A stretch of DNA of 64,000 nucleotides from Eledone cirrhosa (lineage: Eukaryota), in the NCBI GenBank assembly GCA_964016885.1, contig OZ024742.1:79794001-79858000 (forward strand), written 5' to 3'. Below the pieces are notes generated by a model. That model did not search any database, was not told the DNA's origin, and saw only the letters and a list, made by a program, of their open reading frames with translations. Below, in pieces: positions 12,781 to 29,880 of the stretch. The translations under genes were made by a program, and so were the position numbers. Each line of letters begins with the position of its first letter. The stretch's first letter is position 1.

Positions 12781-14082
12781 ACTCGTAGAGTAACCTCTTA
12801 CCGTACGTCAACCATATCCAGTGTAGTAATTAACCATTACTACATCTTGGATAATCCTATACCTAATATATATATATATAAGTGTATGTGCTTGTGTGCG
12901 AGTGCGTCAGTGTGTGTACATACACACACATATATATATATATATATGTATAAATGAAAAGATGGCGTGCTGCGTCGTTGCAAGTGTGATACATATGAAT
13001 GAAAATTGAGCGAGAAACGGGACTGTCCATCATCAGTGATCTGCTGACTATTATTGGTATTTCTTCGCATTAAAGAGCAGATACCTCAAAATGAGTGCGA
13101 GCAATAACTAAAATAAGTATTTGGGACAGAGCGAATTGGAAGGAGAAAGAGGGACAGTAAACAAACAACATAGTAATAATGCAACGTAAAGAGAGGAAAA
13201 GAGAGACAAGTCAATGATACATGTGAACTTAGGTTCGAACAAATCAATCGACGAGAAGTGGCAGACACATCCGAACCATGCGAAATATGATAGAGAAAGG
13301 GATTTCACACTGGTCAGACGGGAGGAAGTGAGAGAGGGGGAGCAGCAGATAGTGAGTGAGTGAATGTTTGGGGAAGAGGCCAGCCGAGAGAGTGTGTGAC
13401 CAGCAGAGGGGGTGAATGAAAGTAAAAGGTGCAAGGAAAGAGAAGGGGGAGAGAGAAAGAGGATAGCAGTAAGGTGATAGAAAAAAGACAAACCAGTTTG
13501 TAAACTGTTAGTAAAATAAGTTGGATTACTTTGAATAAATAATGAATGAATATTACATAATTTATGTCCTAAATTTCGAAACTAAATTTCGTAAACATAA
13601 ATAATTTAAAATTGACTTCTTTTAAAATGTTCATTCACATTTCTACACTTCCGGTATATCGACGACACCACCACCACTTCAACTACCAAATATATAGAAA
13701 CAGAGAGTACGTGATGAGAGAGATATAGAGATTATAATTTCCCTACGTTGACGCGTATGAGTGTGCGCATACACACATCTATATGTATGAGTATATAAGT
13801 ATAATAGCGCAAACACAAACATATAAAAATACATGCTCACGCGCATTCACGCAAATACATATACATACACACATACTTTCACACAAACATACATACATTC
13901 ACACATATATATTTACAGAAACACACACACACAATCATGATAGCAGCGTTCGGTGAATTGGATATAGGAGGGTAAAACAAGTATAACGTTTTATTTAATC
14001 ATTAACTCTTTATTTATTTAGTAACTCTTTTTTTTAAACTTATTTAATATAATGGTTACAGTACGAAAACACTAACAAATAT

Positions 14083-14465
14083 AATTATTCCTACTTTTGG
14101 CACAAGGCCAGCAATTATCCCAATGTATTACTGGTACTTTATTTTATCGACCCCGTAAGGATGAAAGGCAAAGTTAACCACGGTGGGATTGGAATTCAGA
14201 TCGTAAGGGGCCGTAACTCTATGCTGCAAAGCATAGCATCCGACCCTCTACCGATACTGCCAATCCACCACCCTTTTAATAATTGTTTGTACTTTTGGCA
14301 AAAGGCCAGAAATTACCCCAGTGCATTACTGGTACGTTATTTTATCGACTCCGTAAGGATGAAAGGCAAAGTTAACCTCGGCGGGATTTGAACTCAGAAT
14401 GGCAAGGGCCGTAACTCAATGCGTCAAAGCATGGCGTCCGACCCTCTACCGATTCTGCCAATTCA
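14083..14465 (-). mobile_element. Two tandem SINE copies
   Basis: Reverse complement of the 8565 SINE, present twice (tttatcgaccccgtaaggatgaaaggc, gatttgaactc). Confidence 0.9.
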
Positions 14466-14589
14466 ATATAATATATACAAAGAAAAGGGAAAGGAAAAAA
14501 GAAAGAGAAAAATACACAAGCACGTAATACACACATCTTACTCCACAAAATGCAGACGAAACAATGGAAAAACGAGCCGCTACCAGAGC

Positions 14590-15070
14590 AAAAGATAGCA
14601 ATATAGCGAGGAGCACTGGGAAACCTCTCTAATAATTTTGAGGCAGGCCAGCACGCTCGCATGGGGTGATGGTGAGGCTGAGGTGCTGGAACAACCAAGT
14701 GGCCTCACGAGCATCACCAGTTACCTCTGTTTGGCGAGCCGCCAGTGAAGATAAGAATCTCGCTGTCAGTAGCCCGGTTCTCCCAAACGGCTCGAACGCC
14801 ACAGGCTGGATAATGAAGTTAGCTGACAGAACACGGTATTTAAGGATTTTCTCCTGTTCAGCTGCGGATGCTGTAGCTCTCGCCCTTACCGTTGCATCCA
14901 GAGTGTGGGAAGAAGCAAAAGAGTCACTAACTGTGACGTCCCAGGTAAGGCAACTGCCTCTTGACCAGGAGCACAGAGTAAGACTGTCAAGTATTTTCCC
15001 ATCAATTAAGGACAACCCAGATGGTTCCAAAATTGATGGGATATTTGCCCGGGCCAAAGCTCTTAAGTGG
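14590..15070 (-). mobile_element. 3' fragment of a CRE-like RLE non-LTR retrotransposon
   Basis: ORF 14629-15096: IPSILEPSGL..DGK..D.LTL..WSRG..LTWDVTVSD..A..AEQEK..KY..PVAFE.FG, a typical RLE domain. Confidence 0.7.
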
Positions 15071-15249
15071 TAATAGGACAGTGTGTGTATGTGCACGCGC
15101 GTGAGTTTGACGGCGTTCTTAAATTAGAGACACGTGTATGTGTGTGTCACTGTTTTTAAGTTAGACATATATATTAATGTATCCCTTACCTTTCTTTTAC
15201 ACACATACATTCACACAAACACACATACACTGTGCTTGATGGACGGGTG

Positions 15250-15915
15250 GACAGAAGTCCCTCAAATTTATATACATGTGAATGGAGTTCTACTGAAGCA
15301 GTTAGTGAAATTCAAGTATCTTGGAGCCGTATTCATGAGTGATGGAATGCAGGAGACTGAATTAAGTGCAAGAATTGCAAAAGCTGATGCAGTAATGCGC
15401 CACCCTCAGCATTCAACAATCAGATGAAGGGGGTAGGTGTAGAAGCCAAATTCGCTATCTTCCTGGTGTTCCTGCCAACTCTTACCTAGGATCATGAATC
15501 TTGAGTAATGACCAAAAGAATACAATTGCAAATAAAAGTGGCAGAAATGGGATTCCTCCGAAGGGTCTTTGGAGTAACGTTACTTGATAAAGTGACTAGA
15601 GAGTCACTCCTGGTCACTCTAGAGCCGCTACCTCTCCGAATTGAGAGATCAGAACTCCGATATTATGAGCATGTGGTTAGAATGTCTCAGTAAAGAATCG
15701 CTGGACATATTTTACAGGCAAAACCAACCGGCAAGAGACCCAGAGGTATACCCTGAGCAAGATAATTGGATAACATCCATGAGCTTGGCAGGTCACGCTT
15801 TGGGAGCGAACTGGATCAGTTAGAGATGTTTGCTACTGACAGACTCGCTGGTAGGAGTGTTTTTAGGACTCCGCACCCACGAGCCTCTCAGAAATAAGTG
15901 GATGAAGAAAAGATA
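15250..15915 (+). mobile_element. RTE-like LINE 3' fragment
   Basis: KFKYLG..DG..E.E..ARIAKA; AEMGFLRRV.GVTLLD; IER..LRYY.HVVRM. Disrupted. Confidence 0.75.
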
Positions 15916-16562
15916 TTGTCAATTCTCTTTTCAATTGACATATATCTATATGCATGTGTATAATACCAATAATCACACTACATGTGCTAGCAGAAAACCG
16001 CGCGAGGGCGATTTTTCTGCTAGTGCAGATAATGTAGAACTCACGGCGGTGTTGGTAAGAGTTTGAACATTTATTGAGAAGCACACAATTCTTACATGCT
16101 TCATATGTTTTGATTCATTAAATTTGTATATAACAGTTCCAAATTTCTTAACTTGTGCTGTGGTGACTATAATTTCCGCACCTATTTCTAGCGGAATAAA
16201 CGCCCACTTTTGTTGATATCTATTGCCTTCAGTTTAACGTCATCACGCCATGTCGTCAAAATTCATCTCAAATCCAGTCGTGCCAAATTCATCTTTGGAT
16301 GTTGGCAATTATTTGTTCTATATACTATTTATGCTTCGATATTTATCTTAGAATGCTGAAGACTACACCACTGATGAGTATTCTTAGTCTGCTGTGGTTT
16401 AATTATAATCGATAACCGGTTACATAGATTGATCTTTAAATTACAGTCTACTAAATATGAAATAGCACTATAGGGTCTCTAATGATTCCATCTTGAGTAT
16501 ATATACAATATGGTGTGTTTTTTCTGGATATATGATTTTTTCTTTCTCTCTCTCTCTGTCCC

Positions 16563-18102
<1,540 letters not shown>

Positions 18103-18111
<9 letters not shown>

Positions 18112-18457
18112 AATAATTAATTCAAATATTTAAAATTTGGCTTCGTTTATTAAAGATGTACTGCTATATATATTTCGGTGAGAGCCATCCTTGGCTGTGA
18201 CATCTTCAGGCATCAGTCCTAATTGGTCTGGTAGAGGCAGATACACATGTTGTTGAAGTGTTTAACTCCGTCAATACTCCGATATGCCCAGTTCCTGCTT
18301 GGGTTTTTAACAACATGTGTACCTATCTCTACCACACCAATTCGGCCTGCCTGAAGAGGTCACAGCCAAGGATGGATGTCACCGAAATATATATAGCCGT
18401 ACACCTTTAATAAACGAAGCCAAATTTTAAATATTTGACTTAATTATTTTATTTTAC
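18103..18457. repeat. Fold-back unit (~150-bp arms), each arm carrying a hammerhead motif
   Basis: The arms are reverse complements. Plus arm: CTGAAGA(18351)-ggtcac..gtcacc-GAAA(18384)-tata-UA, AATAAA at ~18409. Mirror core at 18173-18209. Confidence 0.8.
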
Positions 18458-18721
18458 ATTACTCCGGAGTAACCAAACCAACTTGCGCACTTCGTCGAGT
18501 GCTCCATCCTGCATGTCGTTAAACAACAAACATATACTCAAAATTTATATATATATATAATTGTAATTATGTATACGTACATACATATATGTATACAGAC
18601 GTGCAGCAGTATGTATATACATACATACATGCACACACATATATGTAAACAAACAGCCCGAATTTCGCTGTATAGTGTTCAGCAACCATCGTTGCCATTT
18701 TGTTCAACACTGACAAAGGAA

Positions 18722-18762
18722 CGATGAACTAGTTTCGAGCTTCTTAGCTGTCATCAGCACCG
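18722..18762 (-). ncRNA. Minimal type I hammerhead ribozyme
   Basis: Minus strand: cggtg-CTGATGA-c-agct-aaga-agct-c-GAAA-C-ta-GUU-catcg, with palindromic stem III (aactagtt). Confidence 0.85.
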
Positions 18763-18957
18763 TATACCTTCCTGTCAGATGATTGAACGTTTGAAAGTAT
18801 ATACTTTCCTTATGCATATTAACGTCTGAGTAGCCTAATTTGCATATCGAGTGAGTTAGTCGGCCGAGCGCACCTAACACGATAAATGGAAAAAATGAAA
18901 TTTCATTTCTCACTCTTAGTACGGATGATACTTGTGAGAAATGAAATTTCATTTTTT

Positions 18958-19046
<89 letters not shown>

Positions 19047-19433
19047 GTAGGAGGTGAGTTTTATTTAATTTAATACTATTCTTAATTCCTTTTTCTTCAT
19101 GCATGAACCTCAATAACTTGTAATTTCAAAATCTTTTAAATTATCTATTATCTTCCAACGGCTTTTTAATTTCTCTCTGTGAGGCAATATACATTTTTTT
19201 CTCAGTTGTAAAGGCTATCTCTCTCTCTCTATCACCCATCTCTCCTCCTCTCTCATCCTTCCTTCTTATACTCCTCCCCACCATCCTTTACTCTCATTTC
19301 TTCCTCTTCCTTACCTTTTCCAACCTCCCCTCACTTTTTCCAATCTCATACATCAATCTTAATTTATTTTTCATATGTTGATTTAAAACTTCACTATTCA
19401 CAAGTGTTTTTTAAGCTTCATATCATGTCTCCC

Positions 19434-19504
19434 TATTTTATCTGATGAGAACGCAGATATCATCCCATGATGATATTTGTTTTTGAAATGCGCTTAATAA
19501 AATA
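19434..19504 (+). ncRNA. Type I hammerhead ribozyme (stem III mismatch)
   Basis: tattttat-CTGATGA(19442)-..gcagatatcatc/gatgatatttgt..-GAAA(19485)-tgcgc-UUA-ataaaata: 8-bp stem I, 12-bp stem II. Confidence 0.75.
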
Positions 19505-19536
19505 CTTGGAACTCTTTTAACCATCTTTTGATCTTA

Positions 19537-19706
<170 letters not shown>

Positions 19707-21326
19707 AGAAATACAATTTCTTTTCGAAATTTCTTTTCAGAAAATTGTTTTCGCCAGAAATTTCTTAGAAGTAATATTTCAAACATCCTTCGTTTTATAC
19801 ATCATTAAAGAAGGCATACAATTTAACTTTCTTCAAACCATATTCTACCATATCATGTTTTATTGGTGTGTGTGTTTGAATGATGAACTAGATAAAATAA
19901 TTCTGGATGCCCTATGCAAGAGAAAAAAGTTTAGTATTATCATGTATGAAGTCCTCACTTATACATAATTCAACCCGTGCAAGTGATCACCCATCATTGG
20001 CTGTATTGACACCAGCTTGTGCTTCCACAGCATCATATACTAGGTCGCACAAAGAATGACGAATAGACATATTCGATGCAGATATCATCCGTCAGACACG
20101 ATCTCAATTGAGGATTCCAGGTTTATGTGCGAGAAACAGCTATGAGATCATTTTAAATTGTCCGACTAATTTCTTACGCCATCATGAAAGGGGCTACTAC
20201 ATGACTGCACTTGAAGTTCATCCCGTAGTCAGCGGAGTCGTTTTCGATCCCGGCAGAGGTACATTTTGAGCAGGAGTTATGGAAGAGATCGATTCTGCAG
20301 TGACGACGGATTTCGGAATTTGCACAACATTCAAAGCTAGATGATACACGGTTCGGTGGAGACAGTTTTTATAAATCTACAACTCTGATTGTCCAGATCA
20401 AAGGGTGATGATGCGAGCCAGTCCTTATCAATGGAATGAATACATTTGATTATATTTCGGCTCGAGAGCTTTCAGGTCAGAAGGGGATAAACAGCAGAAA
20501 TACAGACATTAAAATCAGCCTCACAAGCCACACTATCGCGATCACACCCTCTATAGGCATTCTGTAAAATATAGTGTTTTTAACAGAGATAACATCTATG
20601 ATTATGTCTACAGAAGGATCGTATAGCGATCGCTATTTATTTCTAGCAAGATGTAGAACATAATTGAAATGGCCAGCCTACTTTGTATGTCGTACATTCC
20701 TATGGAAACGTAATTAACTAAATTGTGAATATTTATGCAGAACACAACGTATATTTAAGATAAATTTGTGAACCGAATGAAGTGTAAACGCCTGTTCTAT
20801 TATGTGATATAATTTGCATAAACATTTCTAATAATAATAAAAAAAACATCAAATAAGTTCCGTACTTCATATAAAATATATTCTCTTATGTTAGATAACT
20901 GAAGCTGTCGTTTAACACAAGGCCAGCACGAATTAAGCATTAGTAAAGCGTTTTAGTCAGGCACATCTCGTCACTTTCAAAATGATAAGATGTATAGGAG
21001 TTATATAATCCAAACTCTTCTGCTATTAAAACAGTATAGTATGATTTGAAATTGAGAGGAGTTATACTTCCAGCATTTGAAAGTACCCGGAAAGATGTAA
21101 TCAATGTTGTTTACTCACAGTTCCACACGGAAAGAACAGACATATAATGATAAGTCATTTTTCGACTACCACTACCCACCTTTTATATTTGAGGCATATT
21201 GTACGAACAAACGTCATTTAGATTTTAAGAACATTTGGAGCAGTTTTTGCGGAGTGTAACAGCTACTTCATGTATGTCAAGCAACTGCGTAGTAACCTCT
21301 TGTAGACGCCTATTTGCCTCCATATC

Positions 21327-21370
<44 letters not shown>

Positions 21371-21470
21371 GGTTTTGAATTTGTTTTGCAAGATTTGTTA
21401 TCTGAAAACTAGTATTGAAACGGATATTGTTATACTTTGGAAGGGTCATGCTGACAATAAAAATCACAAG

Positions 21471-21584
<114 letters not shown>

Positions 21585-22894
21585 TTTTTTTTTACTTAAG
21601 AAGATGGGTGGACGGTTTGAGAAAGGTTAATGTTATTTTTAGCATATGAACATATCACGGACAGGCTCACACATTTGATCAGAACCTTCATATTGCCTAC
21701 ATACAAAGCTGTTTTCTCTATATGTGACAGCCATAGATAGTTCCATTCTCTTACTACATGTTTCTCTGTTCTTCTGAATAATATAATATTTTCTTTTTCT
21801 TTCACGAATTCTGTGATTTCTGTGCCTAGATTCTGTTATATCCTGAATGTTCCGCGGGCTAGCATTGCTGTTTGCTTTACTGTTATTTCTTATTCAGGTT
21901 AGGTTGTTGTTTAACAAGAGTGAGTCCTGTCGAGAATGTTTGTGGTTTCTAAATTTATGAATAGAAATAAATAAAATAACAAACACCCTTTTTTAGAAGA
22001 AGAAGTGAAAGAACACTGATCATACGACAATCTCCACCAGTCAAGGTTGAACATAATATATCCATTGCAATGCCAGCTCTATATTACTCTATATATTTCA
22101 TTCCCATTCACCATACATCTGATTTACAGCGTACACGTCTGTGTCACAGAGTCTGAAGTATTTAGTTTCCGCAGTATTGCATATTTTATAGGAGAGGGGT
22201 TTTCCTGCGCAACGTTTATCACACTTTCACCTAATGGTAATTGTGATGCTGAAGATGATGATATTAACGACGAAGATGATGATGAAGACGATGATTGTAT
22301 TATTGATGACTCCGAACATGATAGGAATGATGATGATGATGATAAATAAAACAAGGATAAGAAAAAGGATGGAGAGGATAATGGTGAGGAAGATAATGTT
22401 GCCATGAGAGAAAAGGAGAAGAAGAAACAGCTGAAGTAAAGTAAGAAATAAGGACAATGTAAATTAAGGTGAGCATAAATGAGTCATTAAAAAAGAAAAA
22501 GCGTAATCAGTTAAACTAGAAGAGGCATATGAAGAATTTGATAATAGTGCTGCTGTGGCTGATTATGATGTTTATGGTGATGGCAGTGATGACGATGAAT
22601 ATCATGGCTATGATGATTAAGGAAATAGTGTAGAAGAATAAATATAAATGGTGATTAAGAAGGAGATAATGAATAGTTAGAATGAGAAAACTTGAATTGT
22701 ATGTAAATGTTATACTTTACTCGGTAATCCCAATAGCAATGGAAAATACTGCTGTTTGTTAATCAGATGAGATGAATCCTTTATTGAAGATTTATGAAAA
22801 ATGTAGTTACAATCGTCGACACACAGCATACACGCATAAATATATACATGCGTGCACACATACACACATACACACGCACACGTACACACGCACG

Positions 22895-22951
<57 letters not shown>

Positions 22952-24512
22952 ATATATATATTTATATGTATATATATATAAACATGTGTGTATGATGGTT
23001 TACGAATACACTTTGAATTTGCCCGACAAAAACTCTGATGTGTTCCTTCCTTTGTTGGAGAATGAACACGTGACAGAGACGCAGTGTGTGCTACTACAGT
23101 CATTTGCGGTGACGCCTCACACCGGCTCCTAGGCACAGAACGGAAACCTGTTGATAACGTGAGTCCGCGTTTCGGTTTACAAATGTCACAAACTTGCATA
23201 TTGCGCAAGTCAAATTGTTGATTTTGGATTTCACAGAGACCAATCGAGGATATTGTACAATACCCTTCAAACGGTCCAGGTTTGTTATTTAACCTGATTG
23301 TATTTTCGTTGTTGTGTTGGCTTCTGTGGTTTTGTCCCCTTAACCAAAGTTTTCAATTTGTCCCGCTATTTAACGTATGTTTATTACTCTAAGATGTAAC
23401 TTATCGATTTATCGATTGTTTCGTGCAACCTCCAAATTGCTTTTTCGTAGATGCTGTTCGGCCGCCGCAACATCGACTTTACTAACTTCAACTCTTATAT
23501 ATATATATATAGATAGATATATATTACACTCCCACAAGGATTACTGTATTAAAGGATTTATTTGATTTACAAAAGTTTCACTAGTCGCACAAGGAATGAA
23601 ATACATCTCAATCTTGTAGGACTTGATCGACAGAGTCAAATGAAATAAAATAATATAGTTTACATACGTGAATATACCAGCGGGAAAGAAAAGTTGTTTA
23701 AATAAATAGAGTTAGACATTACTCATTTTGAAAGAATAAGAAGGCCTGCTTTCACTTTGTAATCGAATGTGAATAAAATAACGTATAAACATGTCGTTGA
23801 ACGACATGTTATAAAGAACGTATAATGTTAATCAATTGTTATACAAATTTAATACTTTTGTACAGTGACTTAAGCTAACTCACTAACTCAATTATTTCGG
23901 CACAAGGGGTTAAAACTACACTAAATATGAGCTGAAAAAATAGAACTTAGGTGGGGCCATAATTAAGTAATATATATACAGAAAATGATGGACAGTCGCA
24001 CTAAGACAGTGTTAAGCAAAATTAAGGCGCATATGAAAGCATATATTATATGCGTATATTGAATAAAATTATGAGAACGTCGCTATCAAAATCTGAATAA
24101 GTTTTGTATTATGAAAAATTTATTTTACACTTTTTTGCTTGCTGAGCAAATGCTAGCTGATGGAAATAACGTACACCTGTGAATCGAAGAAAAAAAAAAG
24201 AAATAATTGAAGAGACGGAAATATAAATAATGTATGAAAAATAGAGAGAATAAGTGAGAAAGAAGAAACACACAGAACATAGCTACACGCTTAAAAAAAA
24301 ATAGCTTATAAAATACAGATTTATATATGTAGTATTACTCTTACTTATTTGAGCACTATCACAATACACAACACCGAAGGCACTTAAGAAAACTACTACC
24401 AGTACATCACGAAAGTTGACACACTCTCTGACTCACACACCTACGCACGACAAACTCACGCAAGCATCAAGAATACACACATTCATCCTAACGAAACACA
24501 CATATCACAAAA

Positions 24513-24551
<39 letters not shown>

Positions 24552-24967
24552 AATATATATAAGCAAAAGGGATATTTAATTTGTTGGTAATTCAACAAAT
24601 ATATATGTATATATATATGTTTATATATATATATATATACAATCAGTTTCAAGGTTTGACCTTCTCTCAGTGAAAATTAGAATTGACCAATCTGCTCAGT
24701 ACACAATATACTTCAAAATATTTTCCTTAGTTCTCCTCATTATTCGGATCTTTCCTCCATTTCTTCCTTACTTTTGGGGGACTTATTGTGTGCAAGACGC
24801 TGCCATTAGCACTTTCAAATCTTCTAAATGTCAACCCAATACTTTCAATATTTATCTTATCAGTATACTGTTTTGAATATTTTGAAATTCGTTCTCTTTT
24901 CATAGCTCTCTCTACTTTACCTCAATATATATAGGAATAAGTATGTCCCCGACGGCAGAGCTAAAAA

Positions 24968-25636
<669 letters not shown>

Positions 25637-25935
25637 AGAATAAGTGAGAAAGAAGAAACACACAGAAACATAGCTACACGTTTAAAAAAAAATACCTTAT
25701 AGAATACAGATTTCTATATGTAGTACTACTCTTACTTATTTGAGCACTATCACAATACACAAATCCGAAGCCACTTAAGAAAACTACTACCAGTACATCA
25801 TATATATACACATATATATATATACACATATATATACACATATACATACATATATATATATGTATATATATATATATGTATATATATATATACGGCGCAT
25901 GTCTCTCAGACATGACACCCTTAATTTAATTTTGT

Positions 25936-26020
<85 letters not shown>

Positions 26021-26141
26021 TGTATATATATATGGATATGTATATATAAATGTATATATATATATATATATAAATGAATATGGATGAACTAACTGTTGAA
26101 ACGGCAAGAGCTCAACCGTCGAGGTCTCAAATCTTTCATAA

Positions 26142-26172
<31 letters not shown>

Positions 26173-26653
26173 ATTCGATTTTGAATTACTTTTGCGAGAT
26201 TTCTCATCTGAAAACGTGTGTTGAAACAGATGTTGTTATAATTTGGGAGGTAAACAAAATGTGTGACGAAAGAGTTTTGACAATATATAAACAATCGTCC
26301 GGTTATCGAACAAACCAACCAACCGGAAATTTATAATAAATTGAAGTGAAAAGCGAAGGTGCGTGTGTTTTTATTGGCAGCATGACCCTCCCAAAGTATA
26401 ACAATACACACACAGACATATATATATATATATATATATACATATATAAATATCAGTGTGCATATGTGAGTGTGCATACATGTGTGTGTATGTGCTTGTG
26501 CTTAGGTGTGTGAGCGGGTGCGCATGTACATTTTACTCTATGTAGATCTTGGTAGTCTACCTTTACTAATGAGTTTTTCTTTCCCCTACTTGTTCAAACC
26601 GAAGATTTTCTATTCAAGTGTTTATACTCATACACCCACACACACAGACAGAC

Positions 26654-26745
<92 letters not shown>

Positions 26746-26827
26746 GAGAGGTATACAAATATATGTGTATACATACATATACATGTATATATAAACATAT
26801 ATATTGTATCTACTATTCCTTTTTATA

Positions 26828-26884
<57 letters not shown>

Positions 26885-27431
26885 GCATACATACATCACT
26901 GACTATCTATTCCTTAAATAAACACTTCTACCTAACAGCTTACCTTCACTTACCTAACAATCTATGTACAAGATAATTCACATAAGTTTTCACTTACATA
27001 CCTGACTGTCTATCGTAGATACCGGATGTGCGGAACATTATAAGTAGATAAAATTTACTAGTATTCCTTAAAGTAGATGACATGATTTTTTCATGACTCG
27101 ATATGTGTATATATACTGTACAAAAAAACTAAACTGTTTAGAAGTAGAGCAGTTGCACATGTAGAATATTCGCCTACGCATACAAATGATGGGACATCTA
27201 TCTTCTAAGGGTTTAGCACCTCTCATTGTACCATGGTTTATATACATATATACACACACACGCATTTAAGCATATTTATGCATACTCGTCTATCATATAT
27301 GTATCAATGGGTGTATGCACACACACACACACACACACACATACATACATGTATACACATTTTCCTGGAAAAATTTGAACCGTTAAAAATCTCCTTCCTG
27401 CATATGTCAATATTTATAAAACAAACTTTTA

Positions 27432-27486
27432 TTTTATCTGATGAGTGTGTACCAAAGTTGTGGTACTCTTGAAATATATATAAAAG
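27432..27486 (+). ncRNA. Minimal hammerhead-like motif
   Basis: ttttat-CTGATGA(27438)-gtgtgtacc..ggtactctt-GAAA(27471)-tata-UA-taaaa, AATAAA at 27487. Stem I register is one base off. Confidence 0.65.
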
Positions 27487-27626
27487 AATAAATATGGTTT
27501 TATAAATATAGTTTCAAGTTATTAATATCATTGATATTATACTCCAGAAAACCTGTCGAGTGCTCCGAATCAATTATAAATATATATATTTGTTGAATTA
27601 CCAACAAATTAAATATCTCTTTTGCT

Positions 27627-27668
<42 letters not shown>

Positions 27669-27793
27669 TATATGTATAAATATACATATAACTAACACCA
27701 GTCTGCTAATATGCAAATCAGACCGATCAGTCACTATATTTTAGAAAATATCATATATTTTCAATAGCTCTGACAGTTGGCAGGTGAACAATA

Positions 27794-27842
27794 AACTGCA
27801 CTGATGAAAGGAAATTACCCAGAAACATTAGTGTCTGCAGTT
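27794..27842 (+). ncRNA. Type I hammerhead ribozyme
   Basis: aactgca-CTGATGA(27801)-aaggaaattaccca-GAAA(27822)-cattagt-GUC-tgcagtt: perfect 7-bp stem I, weak stem II. Confidence 0.85.
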
Positions 27843-27995
27843 CTGTTTACATGCCAACACAAAAGCAAGAATGATGGGCTCATTCTACTGACATGGCTTA
27901 AAAGAGGCTGTTTGCATAATTGCAAATGAATCGAATAGTATTATTGATATTCGAAAAACTCAGATTACATTTATATAAATATACATATATGTATG

Positions 27996-28081
<86 letters not shown>

Positions 28082-28729
28082 ATGTATGTGTGTGTGTACT
28101 ACGTTATTGTATCGACACGTATTAAATGTATGGCGATCATTTTCGCAATAAAAAGCTCAATGGATCTTAAATCAGAGCATTAATTACACACCTACTTCAA
28201 CTTTTATACATTTTTTTGAGTTGCCTTAACTGGAACTGGTTTCTTGCAGCTATTTCTAGCCCACAAAGTATCCTGTCCTATGCATATTTGCTCTTGATGT
28301 TAAACGTGTTTTGTAAACCATGTGGAATAGATTTAAAATCCATCCGCTCCGCAGATATATCGTGTTTTGTACAGTGTGAGACATATAATGACTACCCTCA
28401 CTGATGAGTAGATCCTGTCTTGACTGATTTAACCAAATCGATAGTTGGTAATCGATAATCGATTTCCTATATCGACTGTTTTGTTTCATTCTTTAGATCT
28501 ACGAAACGGTCACATTACTACTTTAAAATACGTATATTTTCTTACATACTGTGTGGTCTCTATATGTGTACACAGTTATATTTGTTTCTCAAATGATATA
28601 TGCCTGCTTTCTTTTTTCCTTTTCATACCTGCGGATATTGCTACACATACACGCACACATATATACGCATAACTTTGTATATATCTGCGGGTTGTTTATA
28701 TCCAGTCTGTAGGTAAGAGAGTGGCGGAT

Positions 28730-29075
28730 GGGAGAGATAAGGGGAGAGAGTAAGGGATGAGAGAAAGAGAGAGAGAGAGTGGAAAATCGGAGAGAGAGAA
28801 AGAGAGAGATAGTGAGTGGATGGGAGAGAGAGAGAGTAAGGGGATGAGAGAGAGAAAGAGAGTAAGGGATGAGAGAGAAAGAGAGAGAGAAAAAGAGAAA
28901 GGGATGAGAGAGAAATAGAGAGAGAGAGAGAGTAAGGGGTGTGGGAGAGAAAGAAAGAGATTAAGGGATGAGAGAGAAAGAGAGAGAGAGTGGGAGATGG
29001 GAGAGAGAGAGAGAATAAGGGGATGTGAGAGAGAAAGAGAGTAAGGGGATGAGAGATAAAGACAATGAAAGAAAG
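28730..29075. repeat. Purine-rich degenerate minisatellite (gagagtaagggatgagagagaaa-like unit)
   Basis: Directly visible. Confidence 0.85.
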
Positions 29076-29880
29076 AGAGGGAAAGCTTCCAGCGTTGTTA
29101 ACTTTTATTTATTTATTATTTTTACACACTCTCCCAATGTTATCTATCTTTTATTTATTTTTTTTGTTCGTTATTCTGTAGAGGATGAGAGAGAGAAAGA
29201 AAGAGAGGCGATGAGAAAGAGAAAGGGAGTGAGGCGGATGGGGAGAGAAAGACAATAAGAAAAGAGAAAAGATGGGAGAGAGAAAAAAATAAAGAGGCAG
29301 GAGAGAGGGAGGGTGATTGCAGGGATTCCTTACCTAACATGTGTCCGCGTTTATATATATATTTACACACACGTATGTGTGTTATGGAGGGGGGGGGGCG
29401 TTCTTTAGTAGAGGATATACGTTACCATCAAAGCTTATTTTCTACATATGTCTAAAGAAATCACAGATGCTTTTATAGAAGTTGTATATATGTATTTAAC
29501 AGACAAAAAAAAAAAAACCGTATTTCTAGAAGATATTATTTGAATATATTATTTTCCGCTGTTATTTGAATTAATACAGAAAATATATTTGTAGTGAATG
29601 ATTTTTTTTAGGGGGGGGGGGGGGGGGATAATTTCAGAATACAGCTGAAATCCCAATATTTTCTACATATGTCTAAATTAATTACACCTAATATACATTC
29701 ATATAAAGAGATCATTTAAAACAACTTTACTGAGTGAACAATACATTCTATAGTTGTTTCTATTTCGGAAAAAGTGTGGTGTGTAATTATTGTTTCTACT
29801 TTTGGCACAAGGCCAGCAATTATTTCAGTGCATTACTGTTACCTTATTTTATCGTGTGGTGTGTAATAATATCACTTCAA

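Noticed and set aside
16364-16430. CTGAAGA/CTGATGA motifs (similar cases at 28401, 50960, 54742 and on the - strand at ~13029-13035)
   Set aside because: No correctly placed GAAA, NUH and stem I.
26095-26130. 3' half of the 56164-family hammerhead (GAAAcggc..ccGUC)
   Set aside because: The 5' core and stem I are missing. Fragment only.
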